Shown here piece after piece: positions 12,851 to 22,815 of a DNA stretch of 64,000 bases. The stretch is from the NCBI GenBank assembly GCA_028534125.1, contig CM052818.1, forward strand, positions 23,438,001-23,502,000. The letters are read 5' to 3'. The notes under the pieces are model-generated. The model searched no databases and was not told the DNA's origin. It was given only the letters and a program-made list of their open reading frames with translations. How positions within the stretch are numbered: the first letter of the stretch is position 1; each line of letters opens with the position of its first letter. Position numbers and translations under genes: made by a program. This DNA is from Lama glama (Eukaryota).

Positions 12851-13421
12851 CCTGCAGGGTCTGCACTGGGCCAGGGACTCCTCTCCTTTGTAACAGGAGC
12901 TCACAGTGTCACCTCCTCTATAGCACCAACTACAGGTGCATGTTTACCTTTGATTATTTGAATGTTTGTATCCCTGAAGAGACTGTACGCTCTGTGAGTG
13001 TGCAAATATGTTAGTTTGTGCTCTCCTGGTAGCCTCAGCAGTTTTCGGCACACAGCAGGAGCTGAATAAATACTTGAATGAGCAAGTACAAATGAATGGA
13101 GGCTGTGCCCGATGACTGCTAGGTGCTTTCACATCCATGCCAGACTCACTTTACATCATCTAATTCTCAGGACAACCTGCCAAGGCAACTGTATCTTCAC
13201 TTTTCAGCCGAGGAAGCATAGGTCTAAAGAGGTCAAGGGTCCTGCCCAAGGCCAGATCCGCGGTGGGAGTGGAGTTGAGGGGAAGGGAGGGGGAATCCAC
13301 ACAGTTTGACGGTCTGATGTCAGAGATCAAGCTCTTTGCTCCTCAGTGTGCTGCCTCTTCTTGCCCTTCCTAGCCTCCTGTCCTTACCCTTCTCCTAACA
13401 TTTTTCATCCTTCTCTTCTAG

Positions 13422-13508
13422 GTTCCTGAACAAGGTCTTCTGTCCCTCAGGGTGTTGGAGGCTTCAGGACCAGGAGGAAAAACAAGCTGAAGCCCTCTCA
13501 GGAGTAAG
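13422..13508 (+). other. Candidate internal exon
   Basis: Branch-like CTAAC (13395-13399), tract 'tttttcatccttctcttctag|G', and two possible donors: GGA|gtaagg (13503) or AAG|gtaggg (13508). Confidence 0.45.
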
Positions 13509-13729
13509 GTAGGGTGGCCATTTAGTGTCAGCACTACTCCACTTACGTACTCAATTTGACTCCTTAATGAACGCAAGCATTTTCCGTATATTCAGTAAAT
13601 TTAAAGTGATTTTTGTTTGTTTGTTTGCATTTGGTCACAATGTTATCTGAAAGCAGGGCTTTTACATTTTTGTCTGCAGGTTTCGAAGGTTAATCTTGAC
13701 TCTAGATCTGGTAGTGGGGGGAGGATGCT

Positions 13730-14900
13730 TTGCTCTGCAGGGGACACACAGAATAGCCCTGGTGTTGGGAAGCTCACATTCCTGTGGGGAGAAATTTCCA
13801 CAGAAAGAGAGTACTTCAGAGCAGTGTATAACAGAGACGCGTGCGGGCGCAGGCCGCGGCCCTCCCGGAGGCGCGGGGGAGGGCGGAGAGCAGGGGCCGC
13901 GGGAAGCCTTCCCCGAGACGGCTGCCCACAGACGCGTGGGCGGGGCGCTGGGCTTCGGTCCGAGCTCAGGTCCCATCCTCGTGGAAGCTGCAGTCTAGAG
14001 GGGAAGAAGGTCATTAAGAAATTACAGATTATAACTCATATCATGCAAGAAAAGAGCAGGGTCTGATGAGAGAGAATCAGAGCCACGATTCTGTCCCGGG
14101 AGGCAGGCAAGGGCTTCCGGAGGGCGTGGCCCCGGAGCTGAGCCGGGAAGACTGTGTGGGCGGTAGCGCCGGCAAATGACACGGTTCGTATTCTCGACGT
14201 GGAGGCCGACATTCAGGAGGGGGAGAAAGGGCTCGGGCTGGAGGAACTGCAGACTGGCCAGGGTGGCTGGAGCACAGCGAGCAAGTGGGACAGCGTGGGG
14301 AGTCAGATCAGGCAGAGCCTTGCAGGCCACGGTCGGGAGATGGGTTTCCCCCGAGTGTGATGACGGGGGAGCCACTGAAGGTTTTAAGGAAGCGCATGGC
14401 CTGGTGGGATTGATGTGTAACGCCCAGCCTCGCTGCAGTTTGGAGAAAGGGTTAGAGAGGAGCAAATAAGAAAGTGGAGGGAGCAGTTGCGGGGGCTTGC
14501 TGGTGGTGTTGGATTCTGTTAGTCGCTGTGGAGAACAGGATGGTGGATGGCGTGTGGCGTCTCGAAGGCATGTGAACAATCAGATGTGGTTGGACTGGAA
14601 AGACAACCATGGGAACAGAAGGTCCCAAATGAGAAGGCAGGGGGAAGGGACGTGGCAGGGAAGTGGCTCTGCATGGAGCGGAGGGAGACGGTGGGAGGTG
14701 TTCCCGGCAGTGAGCTGGAGGAAGGCAGGAGACACTGCGGTGCCCTCGACTCTACCAAGAAGATGAAGTTTCTCCCAGAGAGGTGGAGCTGCTAAGCATT
14801 TAAAGCAGATCCTTAACAGATAAGCTTTGCTTTGCAGAAGGAGCTCTCCTGGGATGCGCTAAGGAGGCACAGGGGGAGGAGAGACTGGAGTTCGGTGATT
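13730..14900 (-). mobile_element. L2 remnants, unusually CpG-rich
   Basis: Antisense-L2 motifs 'gaagctcacattcctgtgggga', 'cctcgtggaagctgcagtctagagggg', 'ggccagggtggctggagcacag', 'cagatcaggcagagccttgcaggccac', 'gagccactgaaggttttaag'. Confidence 0.65.
13836..14360. promoter_or_regulatory. CpG island-like segment with GC boxes (candidate promoter or enhancer)
   Basis: Dense CpGs (gacgcgtgcgggcgcaggccgcggc...) and GGGCGG boxes near 13881 and 13938, in a window otherwise strongly CpG-depleted. Confidence 0.7.
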
Positions 14901-15524
14901 ATTGAAATAGCCCAGGGACACGAGAAATGGTGTTTCCCTAATAGTTGTCATAAGTGAGAACTACCATTTCTCAAATGCCTATGACTGTACGAGCTACTTG
15001 ACATCTGCCATTTCTAATCGTCATCACTGCATCCCCCACGGAACCTCCTGTAAGGGGGATTGGAGCTGGAAAGAGCACCGGGGAGAAGGATGCTTTCAGC
15101 AGCTACCCCGCTTCCCCCTCCTTGCAGCTGTGGGACTTCTCAGCACTCTGCAGGGTAGGGTTCTGTTGCTGTAAGGAAATCACAGTTCTTTGATGAAGTA
15201 GCTTTTCCAAAGGTGGTAGAGCTGAACATACTGCAAAAGTGGCATTTGAACCCTAGTCTCTGTGATTCCAAAGACCATGTTCTTTCCATTACATTAAGTA
15301 GTTCCTCATGTCTCTAGCAAAATCTGTGGTGATGCAATGTAGTTATTTATGTGAATGTTTTCCTTCCCTTACTAGAATGTGAACTTACTAAGAACAAAGA
15401 CTGTGTATTATGCATTGCGATAGCCCAGTGCCAAGCACAGTGGCTGGCACGGAGTATGTATGTGTTTGTTGACTAAAAGAATCTATATATAAATATGATA
15501 TACACACACATACATACACACACA

Positions 15525-16040
15525 ATGGAATATTACTCAGCCATAGAAAAGAGTGAAATATTGCCATTTTGCAGCAACATGAATGAACCGAGAGAATATT
15601 GTACTTAGGAAATTGTCAGACAGCTAATTAAGACAAGTATCATATGATATCACTTGTATATGGAATCTAAAAATATTACAAATGCATCTATATACAAAAC
15701 AGAAACAGACTCACAGACATAGAAAACAAACTTATGGTTACCAAAGGGGAAAAGGAGAGAGGCAGAGATAAATTAGGAGTTGCGGATTAGCAGATACAAA
15801 CTACAATATATAAAATAGGTAAACACAAGGTCCTACTGTAGAGCACAGGGAAGTATATTCAATATCTTATAATAACATATAATGAAAAATAATATGAAAA
15901 AATATATGTATAACTGAGTCACTATACTGTACCCCAGAAACTAACACAACATTGTAAATCAACTTTACTTCAAAAAAAGTAACAAATATAATGAGAAAAA
16001 AATATTGTAAGGCAACTATACTTCAATTAAAAAAAAAAAG
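15525..16040 (+). mobile_element. L1 3' end with a duplicated terminal segment
   Basis: L1 3'UTR from 'atggaatattactcagccatag'; the terminus 'attgtaa..caact.tacttcaa(A)n' occurs twice (about 15951-15978 and 16004-16039); possible TSD AAAAGAA(T/C)CT at about 15475 and 16036. Confidence 0.9.
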
Positions 16041-16148
16041 AACCTGCAGAATGGGATGGAAATTATCCTATTAAGACTCTGAAGCCCCTGTTCATTCTGT
16101 TGCCACTTGTGTGCCCTGTTTCTTTTTTATTTTAACCAATAAAGATCA

Positions 16149-16160
16149 TTTATTATAAAA
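16149..16160 (-). terminator. Polyadenylation hexamer with an adjacent cytoplasmic polyadenylation element
   Basis: mRNA sense TTTTAT (16160-16155) is immediately followed by AATAAA (16154-16149). Confidence 0.75.
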
Positions 16161-16368
16161 CCACTGAAACTTTCCTTAAAAGCTCGAGCTTGCAATAACT
16201 TGAAGGTGACAGAATTAAGGATGGTGGTCTCCACACCCATCATCATCTGCATCTTTCACAGTGCCTTAGCCTCCTGGCCTCCATCCCCCAGCAACGCCGT
16301 CCCTGTGGTGAGGTCCGCCACGAGCCGACTTCTGGATAAGGATAAGGGATTCAGGACTGGTCCCAGCC

Positions 16369-16731
16369 TTAAACCGAGCGTCCGGAGGCCCACGCAGAAT
16401 TTAGCAGCCGTCTGGTCCGAGCTCTGGCTCGGTTTTCGCGGATCCGAAGCTGGAAAGACATCGCCACGATGAGGAGCATCGTAAGATGCTGGTAGAAGGG
16501 CAGCCCAATAATGAAGATCAGGACTCCGTATCCTGGGACCGCGCTCACCATGAGTAAGACCCCGAACCACCGGTGGAACGCCGTCATCAGTTCGCAGTCT
16601 GGGCCGAACAACACGGGCAGCATCCACAGCTCCACGTAAAGGATCTCTGGGTTGTAACTGTCGTCTGGAATCTGCCTCAGACTTAGGGCACGACGAAGCC
16701 CCGGGCGCCGGTGGGACACCGGGAGCAGCAT
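16369..16731 (-). CDS. Divergent atypical-KH-domain protein of the KHDC1/DPPA5/KHDC3L/OOEP family (120 aa, intact retro-ORF)
   Basis: IPDDSYNPEILYVELWMLPVLFGPDC...LLMV..V...LIFIIGLPFYQ...RENRARA aligns by eye with recalled human OOEP (PLVFYLEAWLADELFGPDR...LLTV.IV...ITVFGRPRVQ...REHRARA), DPPA5 (VPEDLKDPEVF...IFGPDG) and KHDC3L (GRPSYQ). It starts at the first ATG of the cassette, with G at -3. Confidence 0.8.
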   Translation of the reverse strand: MLLPVSHRRPGLRRALSLRQIPDDSYNPEILYVELWMLPVLFGPDCELMTAFHRWFGVLLMVSAVPGYGVLIFIIGLPFYQHLTMLLIVAMSFQLRIRENRARARTRRLLNSAWASGRSV

Positions 16732-17814
16732 CTCCCAGGGCGCAGGAGGGAGGGAGGGAGCTGGGGAGGCAGCCTCTCACGGCTCCGGCCCCGCCCCTTC
16801 CGCTGCCCTGTTTCTTCCTGTGAGAAACAGCACAAAGGGAGAGCTGCTGGCCCATGTTCCAGCCTCACCAGAGTCATCAACCCTGACGGCTGCAGGGAAC
16901 ACAACCAAAGGAGAAAAACCCATGCTCGGTGCTAAGCTTCCTCCAAACCTGCTCACACTCATGCCAACTTCCCCGAGCCTGGGTGTCCTCTGTTCGAGGC
17001 CCTTCACTCTGAAAGCATCTGCAGGGCTGACAATTGGAAAATCAGACCACAGGTTTATTGCAAGGCCATGGATTACAGGCACCTAATGGGATCTGAGAAT
17101 TGTGCACAGGCATTACTGCAGACACGCAGGGTTGCTGGAAGAAGAGACGGTGGTTGTGCAGCCAACTAAAATGCACACCGCATAACACCAGCATTTCCCC
17201 ACAGTGCTAGCTAACAGTGGGTTTTACTTATGCAGTAATAAAAAAAAACCCAGAGAAACAGCAGTAAATTACAATCTATTTTTGTGAATGATCTTAGTCC
17301 AATAGCTAAAATCTACAAATTACATAAAGCAAATATTTCAAATTAAATCACAGAATGTTTGCAGAGCAACTGGTTGGGCATAAGGCATCAGCATTTTTAA
17401 AAATTGCCACCTTGCTGTTTACAGTTGGAAAGCATGATCATTGAGTGGGGGATGGAGTCGGGGACCCCAGACTGGGGCTGAAATGGAATTGGCACATGTG
17501 GGAGGGGGGTGGGAGTGGGGAAAAGAAACTCCCAGCCCTGGGACAAGGAGTAGGAGTCTGAGTGATTTGCAGGGCTGTGGAAGGTCTTCCTTGACTCCTT
17601 GCAGCTTCTGGGATCAGGCAAGGGTGGGAGCTCTGCACTGCTGGCTGGGTGTGGAAGGACAGGGTATCAACAGTGCCTGAGGCAGGGGACCACAGTTTGG
17701 TGACACACTGAGAGCGTAATGTGTTGGTGCTGGGGGCTCCAAGTTGCAAGGAGGGCATGGCTCTCTCAAGCATCCTATTTCCCCGTGCTCTTTGCAGTTC
17801 CCTTTGAGAAGCCA

Positions 17815-17985
17815 TGGTGGTCAATCCAGGTTTTATGGAGCCTGGAGCTGTAGAATTTTGGGCTCCCTCATAAGGAAAAGAGTACAAAAATGCCTTCTTT
17901 TTGCAAATTTTTATCAAAATATATGACCATGTAAACACCTTGCCAGGACTTAAGTTTAACTAGCTTCACATAAACCCACCCACCT
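17815..17985 (+). mobile_element. MER91-like hAT-Tip100 element
   Basis: 'atccaggttttatggagcctggagct..tttgggctccctcataaggaaaagagtacaaaa..atatgaccatgtaaacac'. Confidence 0.6.
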
Positions 17986-18524
17986 TTATCCATGACCCTT
18001 GGGATCTAGGCACTTGTAAGATGCACAGCGACTTGAAGATGTTTATGAACCTCATGCAGCCAGCAGACCCCGTGGCAGACAGGTAATGCAGCATCTCTGG
18101 CCTATCACTAAGTGGTACACATTTGGTCAGGAGTTACATAAACCAATAGCCGCTTACTGAGTGTTTCCTCTGTGCCAGCGCTGTTAGCGAGGCCATGCTT
18201 CGTTGCTTTGTGCTCTACCACAGCCTGGCAGAATAGCTCTCGTTCTGTGCCTTCTTCCCCAAATAATGTTAGCCTTAACCAGCCACTTTGAATGGCAGAG
18301 AGTAGGGTGGAAGGAACCCTTTCTTAAGGGCCTATGAAGTTGCTGTTAGAAACTTGGCGTTAGTTGGGGGATGCTTGCGTTTTTTCTTAATGACATCTTG
18401 CTATCCTGTGACAGTGCCCAGGGTGGCACTAGAAAGTTCCTGGCTTTTTTGGGTATCCTGGCACATGGGTCTCCCCCCACTATCAGTGCATAGAAACACC
18501 CAGGATTACATAGGTCTTACTCCC

Positions 18525-18705
18525 TAACCAGGACAGTTCATAAGAATCATTTGAGGTCCTTGATAAAAATGCAGATTTCTGGAGCCTTCCTGACTTCCTA
18601 CTCCAGATTTCCTGAAACAGAAGTTCCAGAGATGGGGCCTGTGAGTTTGTACTTTTAACAAGTAATTCAGATGTTTCTTAAAATCAAGCAAGTTTGGTAT
18701 CACTG
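18525..18705. mobile_element. MER5-like hAT-Charlie element
   Basis: 'agaatcatttgagg..ttgataaaaatgcagatttctgga..ttttaacaagt..aagtttggtatcactg'. Confidence 0.75.
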
Positions 18706-18859
18706 AACCAAAGAGCATGGGAAACACATTTTAAGGTAATAAGAGGGTGTGAGTTTCCACTGGGAGAACTAACCAAATAGGTCGGAAGGGAGGGAGGGCT
18801 GTCCCATTCCTGGTAATGAGTGGTAGGAAGAAAAGAACAAAAGATAATGCAATCGTGCA

Positions 18860-19060
18860 TTTATTGCATGTCAGGAACTACACTAAGCATCTGATCATTA
18901 TTTCATTTAGTGCTCCCCATAGATCTTTGGGGTGGAACTGTTTTTACCTCCATTTTACAGTGGAAACACAGGTTCCGGGATGTTAAGTAACTTGCCCAAG
19001 TCACGTAGCTGGTAAAGGCTCAACCCCAGGTTTGAACTCTGGCAGCAGGATACCAGAGCT
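18860..19060 (-). mobile_element. MIR SINE
   Basis: 'ccattttacagtggaaacacaggttccgggatgttaagtaacttgcccaagtcac'. Confidence 0.85.
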
Positions 19061-19536
19061 TGCATTATTTCCGCTATCTTACACAGACTGAAATATTGTT
19101 CAGTCCTGGAGAAGCTACAGTGCTCAACATTGGGATTAGGGGAAGAGTCCACAGTTCTCTCCCAACTGCAGTTGAACCCCCTAAAGGCACTGCTGGTTCA
19201 ACATCCAGGGTCCTGGGGCTGCTGTGGGGCTGGAAGGCAATGGTCTGGAGGCTCGTGAACATGTGGCTTTGCCTTGTGTGTGAGACACTGTGGGCCTCCC
19301 TGAGCGGTCAGCTGCACCAATTCCCCTGGCCACATAAGGGGGGCAGTGACCCTGGGTGAGAGAGGAAGCTGGGGGCAGTGACAAGGACGGTGGCATGTGC
19401 TGATCCACTTGGTGGAGAGGGTGGTTAGCAGCAGTGTGGTGTGGTGTCTAAGAGTGGGATTTAGATTGTGGGATTTAGAGTCAGACAGCCTAGGTCTGGC
19501 CCAGCAACTGACTGGACCCCTTCTCTACTGTGTGAC

Positions 19537-20108
19537 CGTGTTCATTTTCTATTGATGCTGTTAAGGATTACTATCAACTTGGCAGTTTAGAATAACAGCC
19601 ACTTAGTATCTCATAGTTCTGTAAGTCAGAGGTTTAGGTAAAGCATGGTCCAGAAGCATCCTCTACTCAGGGCTTCATAAGACTGAAATCAAGAAGTTGG
19701 CTAGTTGGGGCTCTAATCTGAAAGTTCTGTGGGAGATTCCAATTCCAAACTCATTCAAGGTGTTGGCTGAATTCAGTTTCTTGCTATTGTAGAGCCAAGG
19801 TTCACATTTACTTAAAATGTGGCTCTCTTCACCCTCAAGTAAAAAATGGCATATCAAGTCCTCATTCTTTGACTCTTGACTTCATCTGCTATGAACCAGA
19901 GAAAGATTTCTGCTTTCAAGGTCTCTTTTGATTAGGTTAGACTCACTGACTACTCCAGGATAATCTCCTAAATTTAACTGATTAGTAGTTTAACTGATTA
20001 GTGACTTTAATTACATCTGCCATGTGATTATGTAACAATGCAAATAACATATTCACTGGAGTAACACCAGGGAGCAAAGGTCATGGGGCCAAAATTCTGC
20101 CTACCACA
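19537..20108 (-). mobile_element. MLT1 (MaLR) solo LTR inserted into a MIR
   Basis: Ends 'aaaattctgcctaccaca'; 5-bp TSD GTGAC at 19532-19536 and 20109-20113; the flanks rejoin as the MIR motif 'tgtgaccttgggcaag'. Confidence 0.85.
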
Positions 20109-21434
20109 GTGACCTTGGGCAAGATCTCTTGGACTTAGTGGTCTAAAAATGCATTTCATACATAAGTTATATTTATAGAAGCCAAAATATTTTATTTTGC
20201 TCTAACAGAAGGACTTACCTATTACTCTGAAATTCAGCATTCCATTCAAAAGCAGCAATATATTTTCCAAATGATGGCTTGAAAGCTAAGAATGAACCAA
20301 AATAATTTCTTTTAGAAAATCTGCTAAAAACAGACCAGAAGCAGCATGCATCATTTATCCTCCCCATCCTCCACCCACCCACCCACCTCCTCACTCAACA
20401 TGTTGACTTGAAAGTTTTCTGAAATCCTTCTCATTAAATTCTGGAGTATAAAGCTAATGGACCATTAGGCCAGGGGTAATGCCAGACTACACTTCAGTAT
20501 ATATTTTTCCCCCTCAGAAAAAGCATACCTCCAAGCAATGCTATTTAAAAAGAGTATTTGAACCAGTGTCTAATTTGAAGAAAATGAATGCCTTGAGAAA
20601 TCACATGGATACCTTATAATTTTTCAGTCAAAAACTGTCAAACAAAAGTTCTTGCATACTGCAATTTTTTCATAGTAATTCACTCAAAAGTTTTTCTCTT
20701 CCACTGCGCCCTTTGCAAAAGCTCATTGAGATCTACTCTCTTCTATGAGTTATTGGAAATGGATGTGGTCTTTTTTTCTATGCACTCTCCAAAGAACATT
20801 TTGGCATTGAACAATGACAGTAAAGATGGAAAAAATGAGAAAACTAAGTGTAGTTCCAGTTTCTAAGATAAAAAGATACCATATTTTAAGGTTGGCAGCT
20901 TTCATTACATGCTATTTCTTGGTAGTACAAAGTAAACAAACAAGAACTTTAATTTTTCTGAGTACAAAACAATGGGGAAAAAAAATCTATTTTTAATTAG
21001 CTCTGACAGATATGAATGATGAGAACAATGCAGACTGTGTATTTTATTTGTATTGTTTTTCCAGTTGCATAGGGGTAAGTGACCTTGAATTCAGTATAAT
21101 GGATGAGACTTTTAATCAACTTCTATATGGACAATCGACTGACTTGCAAATTTTGCTGAGCAGGAAAATCTATAGCACATGCTGCCCAGGATGCATGTGC
21201 CTGTCAGTTTTGCGCAACCCATTATGGGGCAATCAGATAGAGGTAACAGATCTCTGATCTGGGGTCCCTTCTACACAGTGATCTCACTTACACTGAGTAT
21301 TTTATTTTTATGAGAATTGAAATTATTCATATTCCTATGTGTACATAGAAAATTCAGATAAACAAAAAAGAAGAAAAAAATAATTCCATGTCACAGATAG
21401 CCTCTTTTCCTCATGGTATATATATCTATAAGTC

Positions 21435-21477
<43 letters not shown>
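21435..21477. repeat. (TATC)n tetranucleotide microsatellite
   Basis: About 10 uninterrupted TATC units. Confidence 0.95.
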
Positions 21478-22189
21478 GTCTAAAATGTGGATCTATCTAT
21501 ATACTTTGGATTTAAAAAAATACATATGCAGATAATGTGTAACAATATACTATATATATACACATACTTTCTGTCTCCAGCAATGGTTACCATGATTGCT
21601 GATCATAATCACAATTCCAGAGACTCTTGGTGTGTCCAGGTTTTTGGTTGTGACCATTTGAGTCCTGCGCTTCAGTAATCCCTGTGCTCATCTAGCATTT
21701 CAGCATCATCCATCCTCCAGAAGCCTGAAAGTGCAGCAAATGGGTCTGAGGCTAAAAAGGAGCTAAACTCTGATTACCAGTTCATGATAGTATTTTTGGA
21801 TTTTCCCATTTAGAGCTCTAAGGATCTGTCTCCTGCCACAACTTGACTCTGTAGGGCTTTCAAAAGTCACTTCACTTAATTCTGCAAATCCTCAGAGGCT
21901 GATGAGCATCACTGTTGGAAAAATGAACTGATATTTGTTGTCACTAAACCAAAAGATTAGCCCAAGCTAGAGTTAACACTCCTTCCTTCCAAGTCTGCGG
22001 CATCTCCTATGACTTCACTCCATTTCTCTGCCTCAGGAACATTGTACAAATATTTGCATGCTTTATGCAGCCAAGGAAACCTACTCTGAAGTAAATAAAA
22101 TGCCAATGGTCATAACCTAGCATTTCCCCCAGAAAACAGCTACCTTCCTTGAATAGTGCCCAAACACATTTTGAAAGCAAATCTTAAAA

Positions 22190-22815
22190 AAAAATTGTAT
22201 ACAACTTGAACGTAAAAATATCTTCAGCAAACCTCTTTAAATATTTTTAAAGAGAATGAATATATGCTTCATAAACAAAAAGTAACTTCACGCGAGAAAT
22301 ACAACGGTACTTACACTGTTAAGAGAGGAGTGCTGCCCTTCAAAGGAGTTGCTGTGAGAAGACTTGTTTTTGTTGTTATGAGCCTGTTGTTTCTGCAACG
22401 ATTTTGAAATTCATCCTAGTTTCAGGATCAGTTTATAAGATGCATTCGAAAAATACCCGCATTACCCCATTGTCTCATTACCTGGTATTTAAGCAAACTC
22501 AAATATATTTTCCACCTTGAATACCTATTTCAGTTGGCTCCCAATAATGTTTACATCTTAAAAACAATATGAAGTAAGAACTACTCTTTATGATGGGGGT
22601 TTGCTACCCAGAGGCTGTTCAAAGCAACATGTCCCCGGACCTGAAGACAATTTTGAAAAAGAAATTCCAAAAATGTTCTGAGCAAAGGCAGCATTGCCTG
22701 TAAGAACAGTGAAGACACATTCCAAGCTGCCTACTTTGAAGGAGATAAAAAATCATGTGGATGTTGGGTTCTGGCATGTCGCTCAAACGAGGAGTTTCTA
22801 TTACCTTGTATGTTG
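22190..22815 (+). mobile_element. MARNA-like mariner DNA transposon fossil
   Basis: 'aaagaaattccaaaaatgttctgagcaaaggcagcattg..ctactttgaaggaga..atgtggatgt' matches the recalled mariner transposase C-terminus and MARNA end. Confidence 0.65.

Larger units (their letters stand above)
16112..16816 (-). other. L1-mediated retrocopy cassette (5'UTR + ORF + 3'UTR + poly(A) remnant) bounded by TSDs
   Basis: Identical 13-bp direct repeats TGCCCTGTTTCTT at 16112-16124 and 16804-16816; minus-strand AATAAA at 16154-16149, followed 15 nt later by AAAATAAAA(AA); no introns. Confidence 0.9.

Noticed and set aside
13617..14795. Many overlapping 70-185 aa ORFs on both strands
   Set aside because: GC-rich, L2-derived sequence with few stop codons; low-complexity translations and no family motif.
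16256..16855. 199-aa minus-strand ORF overlapping the KH-like ORF in another frame
   Set aside because: It starts outside the TSD-bounded cassette, is Pro/Ala/Arg/Gly-rich with no recognisable domain, and is an expected by-product of high GC.
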